Positions 8,765 through 18,772 of a stretch of 49,001 nucleotides of DNA are shown piece after piece. The number at the start of each line of letters is the position of its first letter. Position 1 is the first letter of the stretch. Source of the DNA: Gemmatimonadota bacterium (GTDB lineage Bacteria > Gemmatimonadota > Gemmatimonadetes > Palauibacterales > KS3-K002); the NCBI GenBank assembly GCA_039586795.1, contig JBDHJS010000046.1:1-49001 (forward strand). Reading direction: 5' to 3'. The position numbers and the translations under genes are program-made. The notes beneath the pieces were generated by a model. The model had not been told where the DNA came from, ran no database searches, and worked only from the letters and a program-made list of their open reading frames with translations.

Positions 8765-10372
8765 CTATTCGCTCACGAACTCGTCTACAAAGGGTCCCGG
8801 AGAAAGACGCGAGCCGGTCGCACCCTCCAACAGGTCTTGCCAGTGCACAGACGCCCCTGGTGCGAACCAACGCTCGCGCAGAAAGGCGCCGACGTCCCTG
8901 CGACCGACATATCCGCGGGGCTCGTCGCTGTTGAGGACTTCGCGACGCAGTGCCGCACCCAATTGCGAAGCCATGAGTTCGCCGAGCAGGTAATTGTGGT
9001 AATAAACCGGAGCGATCGTGAAGTGTATCTTCGCCGCCCAGTCTGGCTCCGACCGGTCCTCGAGTCGCGGTACGAGCTGCAATTCCTCCACCAGCTCCCA
9101 CCAGTACATATTGAGGTCGTCGCGCCATGGGTTCGCGTACAGCTCGCGCTCGAACATCGTCATCACGAGTACCCAACGCGCGATGAGCAAGCTCTCGAAC
9201 CGCAGGTGTCGGGACAATGCGCTCCGCATCTTCTCGCGATCCGGAAGACTCATCCCGGCAGCCTTCTCCAGCCAGTCGACGTCATAGACCAGCCGGTCCA
9301 TGAACATGGCGATCGCCTCGGTGCTTGCGATATGTGCCGGTTGCCGCAGCAGCCAGGGCAGCGAGTCGGGGAAGTACTTCTCGAACGCGGCGTGCCCAAG
9401 TTCGTGAAGCAAAATCCCCATCCAGCGCTCGTCGGCCTTTAGATTGCAGAGAATTCGCACATCGCTTTCGCGATTGATGTTTGTGCAGTAGGCGTGCTGG
9501 TCTTTTCCGTCCCGTTCGTACAGGTCGCTGCGCTGAAGCACGTCGGTCAACGGTAAACCTATTCCCTCGTAAAACCGATCGGCGATATCCAGGACGTCGC
9601 GTCTCCTGAACAGCTCGCCCAGACCCAGTTTCTCTGCCAACGGCGGCTCTTGGAAGAAGGGATCCTCGTAGTGCCAGGGTCGGAGCGCATCGGGGCTCGT
9701 GCCGTAGCGTTCGGCGAGGCACTCGTCCACGTACGCCTTTGCTTCGCGAAACGGTAGATCGGTCCTTCGCTTCAGATCGTCGAAGACGGCAGACAACTCA
9801 TCCTCATCGATCTCCTGCAGCTCGAGCTGCATCCGGTAGTAGTCGCGGTAACCCAGCGAGCGGGCAGATTCGTTACGGCGCTCCACCAACGCCAGCAGAC
9901 GCGGCGCCACGCGCGGGCCGATCTGCTTTGATGCATCCCATGCAGCTCTTCGTCGGCTTTCGTCAAGCTCGGTGCGCAGCACATCCAGGATCTGGTTGTT
10001 CGTGACCTGACGCCCGTCGAGTTCCGCTCGGAACGTGAAGAACTCCGATTGGATCTCCTTGCTGCGTTGCACAAGGTCGTCGATGACCTCTTCCGAGAGC
10101 TGATTCGGCCGTTGCTCCAGGTAGAGCAGCGTGAGTTGTCGGCGCGTGAGTGGATCGACGGCGTTGGACTTCAGAAGATCTGCGGTGGTCTTGTGGCGAG
10201 ATGCCGAGCTTAGGAACAATCGCAGCTCCGTCTCGCTCTTTGCGGCGCTCGCCAGTGCTTCCGGCGTGCCCTGGGTGCTGGCGTCCCAGTCCGCAAGCGC
10301 CGTGGAAACGGCCAGCGGCTTTAGCTCGCTGACCGTCTCCTCAACAAATCGACCTGTAGCTTGTTCGGTCAT
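8765..10372 (-). CDS. M2/M3-type zinc metallopeptidase (peptidyl-dipeptidase/oligoendopeptidase-like)
   Basis: HELGH zinc motif, TEAIAM third ligand, DLYERDGKDQHAYC, DWAAKIH...PVYYHNYLLG. ATG 10372 has SD-like GAGG. Confidence 0.88.
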   Translation of the reverse strand: MTEQATGRFVEETVSELKPLAVSTALADWDASTQGTPEALASAAKSETELRLFLSSASRHKTTADLLKSNAVDPLTRRQLTLLYLEQRPNQLSEEVIDDLVQRSKEIQSEFFTFRAELDGRQVTNNQILDVLRTELDESRRRAAWDASKQIGPRVAPRLLALVERRNESARSLGYRDYYRMQLELQEIDEDELSAVFDDLKRRTDLPFREAKAYVDECLAERYGTSPDALRPWHYEDPFFQEPPLAEKLGLGELFRRRDVLDIADRFYEGIGLPLTDVLQRSDLYERDGKDQHAYCTNINRESDVRILCNLKADERWMGILLHELGHAAFEKYFPDSLPWLLRQPAHIASTEAIAMFMDRLVYDVDWLEKAAGMSLPDREKMRSALSRHLRFESLLIARWVLVMTMFERELYANPWRDDLNMYWWELVEELQLVPRLEDRSEPDWAAKIHFTIAPVYYHNYLLGELMASQLGAALRREVLNSDEPRGYVGRRDVGAFLRERWFAPGASVHWQDLLEGATGSRLSPGPFVDEFVSE

Positions 10373-10388
10373 CGTGAAATGGACCGCC

Positions 10389-11774
10389 TCATCTCGCGTA
10401 CTCTGCCGCGATCTCGTCATACAGGCGCGTCATGATATCGATGCCCTTATGGTAGAGATCGAGGGAGATCCACTCGTTGGGCGAATGGAGGTTACACCCA
10501 GGAAGGGCGAATCCCAGTAGCAGCATCGGCGTGTTGAGCGTCGTTTCTATCATCGGCACGATCGGAATCGAGCCACCTTCACGAATGAACAGCGGCTGTC
10601 GGTCGAAAACACCCAGGATCGCGGTCGTCGCGGCTCGGAACAGAGGGCCCTCTGGATCGGCGCCCCAGGCCAATCCGTCCGAGTGCATGTCGATTTCCAG
10701 GTCCACGCCATCCGGCTTCAGCGACTTCACGTACGATTCGAACAGTTGGCGAATCTCCTTTGGGTCCTGGTCCGGTACCAGGCGCATCGAGACCTTGGCC
10801 ATCGCTTTCGCGGGGATGATCGTTTTGGCTCCCTCTCCCGTGTAGCCGGAGAGAAAACCGTTCACGTCGAGCGTCGGGCGAGCCCAGATCCGCTCCAGCC
10901 AGTGCACGCCGGCTTCGCCGTCACCTGTCGCGGAAACACCCGCCTCCGCCGCGAATTCCTCTTCCGTCACCGGCAGCTCGGCCAGCGACTTCTTCTCAAC
11001 GGGGCTCAGATCCCTAACCTTGTCGTAGAAGCCAGGTATCGTGATTCGCCCGTCGTCGTCCTTCAGTTGGGTGATGATGCGCGCCAACGCGTTCGCCGGG
11101 TTTACCACACCACCGCCATATTGCCCGGAGTGCAGGTCCTGGCTCGGTCCGGATAGGCGCAGTTCCATATAGACCATTCCACGCAAGCCGGCGCAAATGC
11201 TCGGTAGGTCTGGCGCTAACATCGGCGTGTCGGAGACTACCGCCGCGTCGCACGCCAGTTTCTCTTTGTTGCTCAGTACAAAGTCCTCGAGATTTACACT
11301 ACCTACCTCTTCCTCACCCTCGAACAAGAACTTCAGGTTCACCGGCGGCGTGCCCTTAGCTTCGCGGTACGCCTCCAGCGCCTTCATGTGAATGTGTATC
11401 TGCCCTTTGTCATCTGCCGTGCCGCGGCCGTACATGTTGCCACCACGCACCGAAGCTTCGAACGGCGGCGTCTCCCACTCATCGAGAGGCTCTACCGGCT
11501 GCACGTCGTAATGTCCGTAGACAAGCACGGTGGGCGCGTTCGGGCCGGCCTCCATCAATTCGCCGTAAACGATGGGATGCCCAGGCGTGGACAGGATCTC
11601 CGCCTTCATCCCCATCTCTCCGAGCCGCGCCGCGACCCACTCGGCGCAACGGATCATGTCATCCTTGTGTTCCGACCGAGCACTGACGCTCGGGATCGCG
11701 AGAAACTCGGCGAGCTCCTCTTCGAAACGGCTGCGGCTCTCTTTCAGCAAAGTCTCGAGCGACATCAATCCCAT
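10389..11774 (-). CDS. M20 family dipeptidase (ArgE/DapE-like)
   Basis: YGHYDVQP, GRGTADDKG, EGEEEVGS, DLHSG, GGSIP, HSPNE. Confidence 0.93.
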   Translation of the reverse strand: MGLMSLETLLKESRSRFEEELAEFLAIPSVSARSEHKDDMIRCAEWVAARLGEMGMKAEILSTPGHPIVYGELMEAGPNAPTVLVYGHYDVQPVEPLDEWETPPFEASVRGGNMYGRGTADDKGQIHIHMKALEAYREAKGTPPVNLKFLFEGEEEVGSVNLEDFVLSNKEKLACDAAVVSDTPMLAPDLPSICAGLRGMVYMELRLSGPSQDLHSGQYGGGVVNPANALARIITQLKDDDGRITIPGFYDKVRDLSPVEKKSLAELPVTEEEFAAEAGVSATGDGEAGVHWLERIWARPTLDVNGFLSGYTGEGAKTIIPAKAMAKVSMRLVPDQDPKEIRQLFESYVKSLKPDGVDLEIDMHSDGLAWGADPEGPLFRAATTAILGVFDRQPLFIREGGSIPIVPMIETTLNTPMLLLGFALPGCNLHSPNEWISLDLYHKGIDIMTRLYDEIAAEYAR

Positions 11775-11801
11775 GCTCCATGGTTTAAGTGTCTCGCTTC
11801 A

Positions 11802-11934
11802 CTCCTGCCCGTTCCTGCTCGTGCTTTTGCTCTTACTCGTGTTCGTAATCGTGGTCGCGTTACTATCGGGATCGCCAATAGTCTCGGCTGCGAGTCATTA
11901 GGGACCACGATCAGGAGCACGAGCAGGAGCACGA
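11802..11934. repeat. Degenerate hexamer tandem repeats arranged as an inverted pair
   Basis: Left arm CCTGCT-CGTGCT-TTTGCT-CTTACT-CGTGTT-CGTAAT-CGTGGT; right arm GACCAC-GATCAG-GAGCAC-GAGCAG-GAGCAC. Confidence 0.75.
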
Positions 11935-12109
11935 TTCCCAGGTGAGGTTCGCGGTAAAAATAAGGGTGATGGGCTGCACAGGCCACAATGCACCGGCGGG
12001 ACGGGAAAGGGGGGTGATCCCTTGCCGGAGCGGCCCAATCTCCCAAGTTTGCCCCACCCCGATCTGGCACCGAATCACCAGTATTTCACGACTGCTGGAG
12101 GGCAGGATC

Positions 12110-14233
12110 ATGCGGTCATTGTGCGGATTTCTCCTGTTTATGGGCCTTGCGGGGAGCGGTGTCCTGGCAGCCCCCGACCTTGCCGCCCAGGAAGCCTCCT
12201 CGACAACCCAGATGAGTGGCGTCGAAGTCGTCGAGGCGGCAGGACTGGGCAAGATGTGGACGTTCGATCGGCTACCGCTCGATTATCTGAACGAGCGCTA
12301 CGAGTTCGATCCGGGCTCGGAGTGGTTCGATCATGTTCGGCTAGCGTCGCTGCGCACCGGCGGCTGCTCGGCCTCATTTGTTTCGCCGCAGGGTCTGGTG
12401 ATGACCAATCACCATTGCGCTCGCGGCTGTATCGCCGCCAACTCGGACGAGCAGAGCGACCTGATGGTCGACGGCTTCTACGCCGGGCACCGGGAGAACG
12501 AGCCCGTGTGTCCGGGCATGTTCCTGGATCAGCTGCTCGAGATCGACGACGTGACGGAAGCGGTGAAGGCGGCGGCGGCCGGAGCTTCCGATGAGGATGC
12601 GGTTCGTTTAAAGAACGAGGCGGCCGATCGCATCGAGGATGAGTGCTCTTCCGAGTCCGGTCTCCGGTGTCAGGTCGTTTCGCTTTATCACGGCGGGGTG
12701 TACGGCCTGTACAAGTACAAGCGCTATACTGATGTGCGACTGGTCTTCGCGCCGGAAGGTCAGGCCGCGTTCTTCGGTGGCGACCCGGACAACTTCACGT
12801 ATCCTCGGCACGATCTCGATGTGACGTTCGTGCGCGCGTATGAGGATGGTCAGCCGGTCCAGCCCGAGCATTTCTTCAAGTGGAGCGTGGCTGGCGCCGA
12901 CGAAGGTGAGTTGGTGTTCGTGACCGGCAACCCGGGCTCTACGGGTCGACTGCTCACTGTGGCGCAGCTCGAGTACCTACGCGACGCGTCCTATCCGCTA
13001 CGGATCCAGCAGTATCACGAGCGGGTGGATGTGATGCGCGAGCTGATCGAGATGCACCCGGAACGGGAACAGGGATATCGCAACCAGATCTTCGGACTTG
13101 AGAACTCCATCAAAGCGGTGGGCGGATACTTGAGCGGACTGCTCGATCCGACTCTCATGGAAGCCAAGGTTGATTGGGAGAAGGGATTCCGTCACCAGGT
13201 GATGATGGATTCCGAGCTCAAAGCGAACTATGGCGGTGCCTGGGATGCGATCGCGGAGGTGAACGCGAAGTTCACGAAGATGAACAACGAGCTGGTCTAT
13301 AGCTCGTTCGCACACTTCCGGACGCTGACCATCGCGCGCGACATCGTCCGGCTGACGGCCGACCTGGCGAAGCCGGAGAGCGAGCGAACGACTAGCCAGC
13401 AGGCGATGGCGGCAGCTCAGCGCAGAATAGCCTCGGAACGGCCTCTCGATGTTGGGTACGAGGTACACTTGCTAGCCCGACGATTGGCGGCGGCCAGCGA
13501 GGCACTGGGTGCGGATCACCCCTTTGTGGTCGCGGCGCTCAACGGGCAGGAGCCGATGGACGCCGCTCATGCACTCATAAGGGACTCGAGCCTGGGCGAT
13601 CTTGAAGTGCGGCAGGCGCTGGTTGAGGGTGGGGTGACCGCCGTGAACGCATCGGACGACCCGGCTATCGTGCTCGCTCGTACTGTAGATCCGTGGGCCC
13701 GCGAGCTGGCGGAGAAGGTCACTGAATTGCGTGCTATCGAAGGTGCCAACGAGGAGAAAGTCGCCGAAGCTCTATTCGCGATCTACGGCACGATGTTGCC
13801 GCCGGACGCGACGTTCACGCTCCGTCTTTCGGACGGCGTGGTATCACGCTACCCGTTGAACGGAACGTTCGCGCCATACAAGACGACGATTTTCGGGCTG
13901 TTCGATCGGGCGGAGTCGTTCGGGCACAATGACCCGTGGTTCATCGCACCTAAGTGGATGGCGGCGCAGGATCGGGTCGATATGACGACGCCGCTCAACT
14001 TCGTTTGCACCGCCGACATCATTGGCGGCAATTCCGGCAGCCCGGTGATCAACCGGAACGCGGAGATCGTCGGTCTGGTGTTCGATGGCAATATGGAGAT
14101 GTTGCCCAATCGATTCCTCTACCGAGATGAAGTGGCGCGCACGGTGTCTGTCCACTCGATGGCGATCATCGAAGCGCTCCGTAGCATATATGATGCCGGC
14201 GCACTGGCGGACGAGATTCAGAGCGGCAACTAA
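12110..14233 (+). CDS. S46 family dipeptidyl peptidase (DPP7/DPP11-like), secreted
   Basis: Signal peptide, GKMWTF, GGCSASFVS...MTNHHC, DVRLVFAP, FFGGDPDNF, PDATFTLRLS, DIIGGNSGSPV. Start ATG 12110 follows GGAGG. Confidence 0.93.
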   Translation: MRSLCGFLLFMGLAGSGVLAAPDLAAQEASSTTQMSGVEVVEAAGLGKMWTFDRLPLDYLNERYEFDPGSEWFDHVRLASLRTGGCSASFVSPQGLVMTNHHCARGCIAANSDEQSDLMVDGFYAGHRENEPVCPGMFLDQLLEIDDVTEAVKAAAAGASDEDAVRLKNEAADRIEDECSSESGLRCQVVSLYHGGVYGLYKYKRYTDVRLVFAPEGQAAFFGGDPDNFTYPRHDLDVTFVRAYEDGQPVQPEHFFKWSVAGADEGELVFVTGNPGSTGRLLTVAQLEYLRDASYPLRIQQYHERVDVMRELIEMHPEREQGYRNQIFGLENSIKAVGGYLSGLLDPTLMEAKVDWEKGFRHQVMMDSELKANYGGAWDAIAEVNAKFTKMNNELVYSSFAHFRTLTIARDIVRLTADLAKPESERTTSQQAMAAAQRRIASERPLDVGYEVHLLARRLAAASEALGADHPFVVAALNGQEPMDAAHALIRDSSLGDLEVRQALVEGGVTAVNASDDPAIVLARTVDPWARELAEKVTELRAIEGANEEKVAEALFAIYGTMLPPDATFTLRLSDGVVSRYPLNGTFAPYKTTIFGLFDRAESFGHNDPWFIAPKWMAAQDRVDMTTPLNFVCTADIIGGNSGSPVINRNAEIVGLVFDGNMEMLPNRFLYRDEVARTVSVHSMAIIEALRSIYDAGALADEIQSGN

Positions 14234-14247
14234 ATAAGAGCCGAACC

Positions 14248-16236
14248 ATGGCCGATACGACTGATCGACGCAGACTGTCACCTAAGGCGTACGAAGAGAT
14301 CCCCGGCGACCAGTATCCGCCGTACGTACCGGCGGATACGAGGATCCCGGAGTTCACGCTCCGCTCCGTCGTCATGGGAGCGTTGTTCGGGATCGTGTTC
14401 GGTGCGGCGAATGCCTACCTGGGTCTCCGGGTCGGGTTAACCGTTTCCACATCGATCCCGATCGCCGTGATGACCGTGGCGATCTTCCGCGCCATGCAGG
14501 GTGTGTGGGGGAAGTCGACCATCCTGGAACACAACATCTCACAAACGGTGGGGTCTGCGTCGTCCAGTCAGGCCTCCGGGCTGATATTCACAATCCCGGC
14601 GCTCTTCATGTGGGGCTTCAGCCCGGCGGTCAGCAAGCTACTGGTGATAGCGCTGGCCGGCGGACTTCTGGGCGTGCTCTTCATGATCCCGCTCAGGCGG
14701 TTCTTGATCAAGAACGAGCATGGGAAACTGCCGTATCCAGAGGGCACAGCGTGCGCCGAAGTTTTGGTGGCGGCGGACGCCGGTGGAACGCACGCGCGAC
14801 CGGTCTTTTACGGCTTGGGGATCGGGATGTTCTACACGTGGCTGATGAGGGGGCTAACCCTGTGGCCGCGTGATGTCTGGATTCCTCTCAACAAGATCCT
14901 TCCCAAAGGTCAAGTCGGCGTCGACGTCGCGCCGGCGTTGATCGGAGTCGGCTATATCCTCGGTGCCCGCATCGGTTTGGTGATGGTCGGCGGCAGTGCC
15001 ATCGCTTGGCTGATCCTGATTCCGATCATCGAGCTGATCGGGCGCGGGATGACCGAGCCGTTGTACCCGGAGACGGTCGAGCTGATCGTCAACATGGATC
15101 CCGAGCACATCTGGACGCGCTACATCCGATACGTGGGCGCCGGAGCCGTGGCGACGGCCGGCATCGCCACTCTGCTCCGATCCATCCCGATGATCATCTC
15201 GTCGTTTAAGGAGGGGATGCGCGGACTGCGGGCGCGGATGGAGGCGGGCGCCACGAGGACGACGGCGGTGGTGCGAACCGACAACGACTTGCCGCTCAAG
15301 TTCGTGATGTGGGGCGTCCTGACGATCGTCATCTTCCTCGCTCTCATGCCGCATGTGTTCGGCTTCGTGGAATCGATCCCGGTGCGGGTGGTGGCGTCGC
15401 TGCTTGTAGCGGTGTTCGCCTTCTTCTTCGTTACCGTCTCGAGCCGCATCGTCGGTCTGGTCGGCGTGACATCGAACCCGACGTCCGGGATGACGATCGC
15501 CGCGCTGCTGGGCACCGCCCTGATCTTCGCGGCGCTGGGTTGGACGGGTGATATGGGCCGCGTGGCGGCGCTCTCAATCGGTGCCGTCGTTGCGATCTCG
15601 GCCTCCATCGCCGGCGACACTTCGCAGGACTTGAAGACCGGGTTCCTGCTCGGAGCTACGCCAAGACGTCAGCAGACGGGCGAGCTGATCGGTGTACTCA
15701 CGGCCGGTCTCTTCGTCGTCCTCAGCATCATCGCTCTGGAACGAGCCTATGGCTTCGGCTCCACCGAGCTGCCCGCGCCGCAGGCCAACATGATGATGTT
15801 GGTGATCGATGGCGTACTGCAGGCGGAGATCCCGTGGCGCCTCGTGCTCGTCGGCGTCGGACTCGCCGTGCTCGCTGAGATTGCGCGGCTGCCTTCGCTG
15901 GCGTTCGCCGTCGGTGTATATCTCCCGGTCACAACTATGATGCCGATCTTCATCGGCGGGATGATCCGCAAGATCCTCGAAGACAGGCAGCCGGATGAGG
16001 GATCCAAGAACCGGGTGCGCGAGCAAGGCGTGCTTTTCTCGTCAGGCCTGATCGGCGGAGACGGGTTGATGGGCGTAGGCATCGCGTTCTGGGCTGGCGC
16101 GTTCGGCATCCCGCGCGGTTTCGGGCACGACTGGATGGGAGTCTTCGCCCAGGTGCTCGCACTCGTGATGCTGACGGTACTTGCGGTATTGATCATTCGC
16201 ATGGCGCGCCGCGCTGCGGGCAACAACGGCGCCTAG
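14248..16236 (+). CDS. OPT family oligopeptide transporter
   Basis: EFTLRS, ANAYLGLRVGLTVSTSIP, LPYPEGTACAEVL, SNPTSGMTI, QDLKTGFLLGATP, LPAPQA; many TM segments. Confidence 0.95.
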   Translation: MADTTDRRRLSPKAYEEIPGDQYPPYVPADTRIPEFTLRSVVMGALFGIVFGAANAYLGLRVGLTVSTSIPIAVMTVAIFRAMQGVWGKSTILEHNISQTVGSASSSQASGLIFTIPALFMWGFSPAVSKLLVIALAGGLLGVLFMIPLRRFLIKNEHGKLPYPEGTACAEVLVAADAGGTHARPVFYGLGIGMFYTWLMRGLTLWPRDVWIPLNKILPKGQVGVDVAPALIGVGYILGARIGLVMVGGSAIAWLILIPIIELIGRGMTEPLYPETVELIVNMDPEHIWTRYIRYVGAGAVATAGIATLLRSIPMIISSFKEGMRGLRARMEAGATRTTAVVRTDNDLPLKFVMWGVLTIVIFLALMPHVFGFVESIPVRVVASLLVAVFAFFFVTVSSRIVGLVGVTSNPTSGMTIAALLGTALIFAALGWTGDMGRVAALSIGAVVAISASIAGDTSQDLKTGFLLGATPRRQQTGELIGVLTAGLFVVLSIIALERAYGFGSTELPAPQANMMMLVIDGVLQAEIPWRLVLVGVGLAVLAEIARLPSLAFAVGVYLPVTTMMPIFIGGMIRKILEDRQPDEGSKNRVREQGVLFSSGLIGGDGLMGVGIAFWAGAFGIPRGFGHDWMGVFAQVLALVMLTVLAVLIIRMARRAAGNNGA

Positions 16237-16299
16237 AGGAGATAGGTTCGATATTGCGGCCCTTGCCGCCCCTATTGCTGGCCACGTAGCTTTTTGGAT

Positions 16300-16866
16300 A
16301 TGAGAGAGCAGCAGAAGGCCCCATCCTCCGCTGAACTCCCGGGTTCAGCTGACGCCCTCGAGCGCGTCGGAGTACTCACAAGTATCGCCGACGGCAAGGA
16401 CTACCCCCTGGGCTTCGGTAGCCTGCGCGTCGGGCGCGAGCGACGCGCCGATCTGGTGATCACCGACAAGACCGTCTCGCGCCACCACGCGGACGTCATC
16501 TACGAGGGCGGTCGCTATGTACTCTACGATCACAGCTCGAACGGGACGTGGGTGAACGGCAGCCTGGTCGTCGTCGCGCATAACCTGCGCGATCAGGACG
16601 CGGTCAGGTTCGGAAAGATCGAGTTCGTGTTCAGTACACGAGCGGTGCCGAAGGATCAGGCGTTGCGTTCTGGGGAGGCCGCGATTCCCACGAGGGTCCC
16701 GGGATCCTCCACGGCCGTAATGAAGGGCGGGAAACCGAGAGCAAGCTCGGGGGCGCCGCTAAAGTGGTTTGGGATTGTTGTGCTTGTGCTGGTCGTGATT
16801 GGGGCGGTCATCTACTTTGCGCTGCCGGATCTCGCCAACCGGATCATCTCACTGGTGTCTGGATAG
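16300..16866 (+). CDS. FHA-domain protein with C-terminal membrane anchor
   Basis: FHA motifs VGR...VSRHHA...SSNGTWVNG; hydrophobic helix WFGIVVLVLVVIGAVIYFAL. Confidence 0.88.
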   Translation: MREQQKAPSSAELPGSADALERVGVLTSIADGKDYPLGFGSLRVGRERRADLVITDKTVSRHHADVIYEGGRYVLYDHSSNGTWVNGSLVVVAHNLRDQDAVRFGKIEFVFSTRAVPKDQALRSGEAAIPTRVPGSSTAVMKGGKPRASSGAPLKWFGIVVLVLVVIGAVIYFALPDLANRIISLVSG

Positions 16867-16896
16867 CGCCGTTCAATCAAACGCGGAGCCTGGCGC

Positions 16897-17532
16897 TCAT
16901 CCCCCGGGCGGGACGTAGTCGATGGGCTCACCTTTCATGAACGGCTGTCCGTCAGTGCCGTAACCGACCAGCTGCATCGTTCCGTCCGCGGTCTCCATCT
17001 TGACCATGCCGAACGGGACGTCGGCGATCCAGACCGCCTTCGTCTCGTCGGGCGAACGATAGTGACGGGCGATGAAAGCGCCTGCGCTCACGGTAATTCG
17101 CTCGTTTCCGAGATCAACAGCTGACGCGCACTCATCCCTCCAGCCGGCGGTCGCCGATTGGGCCAGCTGCGGGATCATCTCGTCAGGGATCCTGATCGGT
17201 GGTTGCCCGGGCATCTGCACGATGTAGCCCTTGAGGTCAGTAGTCTCGAACGGGTAGTTGGGAACGAGCATCTGCACGATCACCGTATCGACACCGTTCG
17301 TGATGACGCTCACGAACTCCACCCAGTAGTGCTTTTGACCCTCGACATCGTCCTCGCCGACGATCGTGAAGCGAACGGGCATGCTCAGGGTGTCCCCGGT
17401 GAAACGCAGCTCTGCGTAGTCGCCAATCTGCGGTGAAGGGTACATTCCGGGGCACGGCCCTTGATCCTGAGCCCACAACGCATTCTGGCCACAAATCACG
17501 GCTAGAACTGAAACGAAGAACAACGTCCTCAT
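16897..17532 (-). CDS. Hypothetical secreted protein
   Basis: Signal peptide MRTLFFVSVLAVICGQNALWAQ after SD GGAGG; ERITVSAGAF...VWIADVPFGMVKM beta-rich C-terminus. Confidence 0.75.
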   Translation of the reverse strand: MRTLFFVSVLAVICGQNALWAQDQGPCPGMYPSPQIGDYAELRFTGDTLSMPVRFTIVGEDDVEGQKHYWVEFVSVITNGVDTVIVQMLVPNYPFETTDLKGYIVQMPGQPPIRIPDEMIPQLAQSATAGWRDECASAVDLGNERITVSAGAFIARHYRSPDETKAVWIADVPFGMVKMETADGTMQLVGYGTDGQPFMKGEPIDYVPPGG

Positions 17533-17591
17533 GCTTCCTCCCGTGCGACGCGCCATGATCTGAGCCGGTCGAAACTTCAGGCACACAGCGG

Positions 17592-17621
17592 AAGGTAGAG
17601 GGGCCTCAGTACCCAGGTCAA
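17592..17621 (-). promoter_or_regulatory. Putative sigma70 promoter for the 16897-17532 gene
   Basis: Minus strand TTGACC-18 nt-TACCTT, just downstream of a terminator. Confidence 0.45.
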
Positions 17622-17633
17622 CTTTGCGGGTCG

Positions 17634-17665
17634 AAAAGAAAGCGGGCGACCCGAAGGTCGCCCGC
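17634..17665 (-). terminator. Rho-independent terminator of the 17690-18772 gene
   Basis: Minus strand GCGGGCGACC-TTCG-GGTCGCCCGC-TTTCTTTT: perfect 10-bp stem, C(UUCG)G loop. Confidence 0.9.
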
Positions 17666-17689
17666 ACAACAGGCTTGAGCTGCTCGAAT

Positions 17690-18772
17690 TTAAACGAGTG
17701 CCAAAGCAAGCAATGCCATTCCGAACTCGAACATCCCCATGAAGAAGTCGAACACGTCCATCATGGCTTCAAACAGGCCAGCCAACGCTACCATCTCCTG
17801 CTCGGTGAGCGGGTCGCCGTCACCGTTGGTGATGCTGGGGTTCTCCATCGTCCCGGAGATAATGGCGACGGTCGTCCCGTTGAAGGCGATTCCGCTGCCC
17901 GCCAGGATATTGTCCTGCCCGTCGACGCTGAGCGTAACGACGATGCTGTTCCCCTCTCCATCGGTGAACGTGGTCGTTACGTCGCCGCCCGCCTCGTCCA
18001 GGCCGGTGAGCGCGAAGCTGACCGTCAGACCGGCGGCCGACATGGACCACGTCAGGTCGATGGAGGTGTCGGATACCGTGGCGTCCAGCGAGAAGGTTAG
18101 CTGGTTCGTGCCGTCGGAGATGAAGCCACCAAAGTCCAGAATCGCGGTCTCGGTGACCTGGTTGAATGTCGCGCTCGAGGAGATGTTGATCAGCGTGTCT
18201 TCGACCGTGCCTTCCACGAGCACGGCGATCAACTGGATGCTGATCGTCGGGAAGTTGCTGGTGTCGCGAATGTCGACGTAGCCGACCTCGGTGAGCGGCT
18301 CGACCGGCTGGAAGAGGATCGGGTCAACGGCGTAAATGATGAACCGCACCCCGTCTTCCGGTGCATCGGTCCGCTCGAAGTCCGGTACGTACCCCTCGCC
18401 ACCCCAAACGAAAGTCGTTCCGAGAACTCCGACCGGCAGGTTCTGCATCCCACCGTCAGACAACTCGGCGACCATCGCCTGGGCCCTGCGTGTCGCGGCG
18501 AGCGTACCGTCAGAGGGCAGCATGTCGATCATTGCCCCCGCGGTCGGCGCGCCAGCGCCCAGCGCCGCGAGCATCCCCTCGCTGAAGAACTCCAGGCCTT
18601 GGACGGCTTCGTTGTCATCGAAGAAGTTGGCGACGACGTCGTCCATCACTTGGGCGGTCCCCACGGGATCGGCGTCCTCGGGGCTCAGCGAGTCGTCACA
18701 AGCAGCGGCGACCGCCAACACCATGGCGAGAACGGCGATCCGGCTGAGCCAAATCGATTTCCAAGTCTTCAC
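17690..18772 (-). CDS. Hypothetical acidic lipoprotein
   Basis: GTG start after GGGAGG; basic N-terminus, hydrophobic stretch, lipobox VAAAC-DD; D/E/T-rich beta-strand body; hydrophobic C-terminal helix. Confidence 0.8.
   Translation of the reverse strand: MKTWKSIWLSRIAVLAMVLAVAAACDDSLSPEDADPVGTAQVMDDVVANFFDDNEAVQGLEFFSEGMLAALGAGAPTAGAMIDMLPSDGTLAATRRAQAMVAELSDGGMQNLPVGVLGTTFVWGGEGYVPDFERTDAPEDGVRFIIYAVDPILFQPVEPLTEVGYVDIRDTSNFPTISIQLIAVLVEGTVEDTLINISSSATFNQVTETAILDFGGFISDGTNQLTFSLDATVSDTSIDLTWSMSAAGLTVSFALTGLDEAGGDVTTTFTDGEGNSIVVTLSVDGQDNILAGSGIAFNGTTVAIISGTMENPSITNGDGDPLTEQEMVALAGLFEAMMDVFDFFMGMFEFGMALLALALV

Noticed and set aside
11942..12109. Extended ORF-track starts (11942, 25069, 25902, 3445, 17709, 18883, 28705, 30875, 46846)
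   Set aside because: Downstream starts have an SD or coupling and restore signal peptides or domain starts; the extensions overlap neighbours or regulatory DNA
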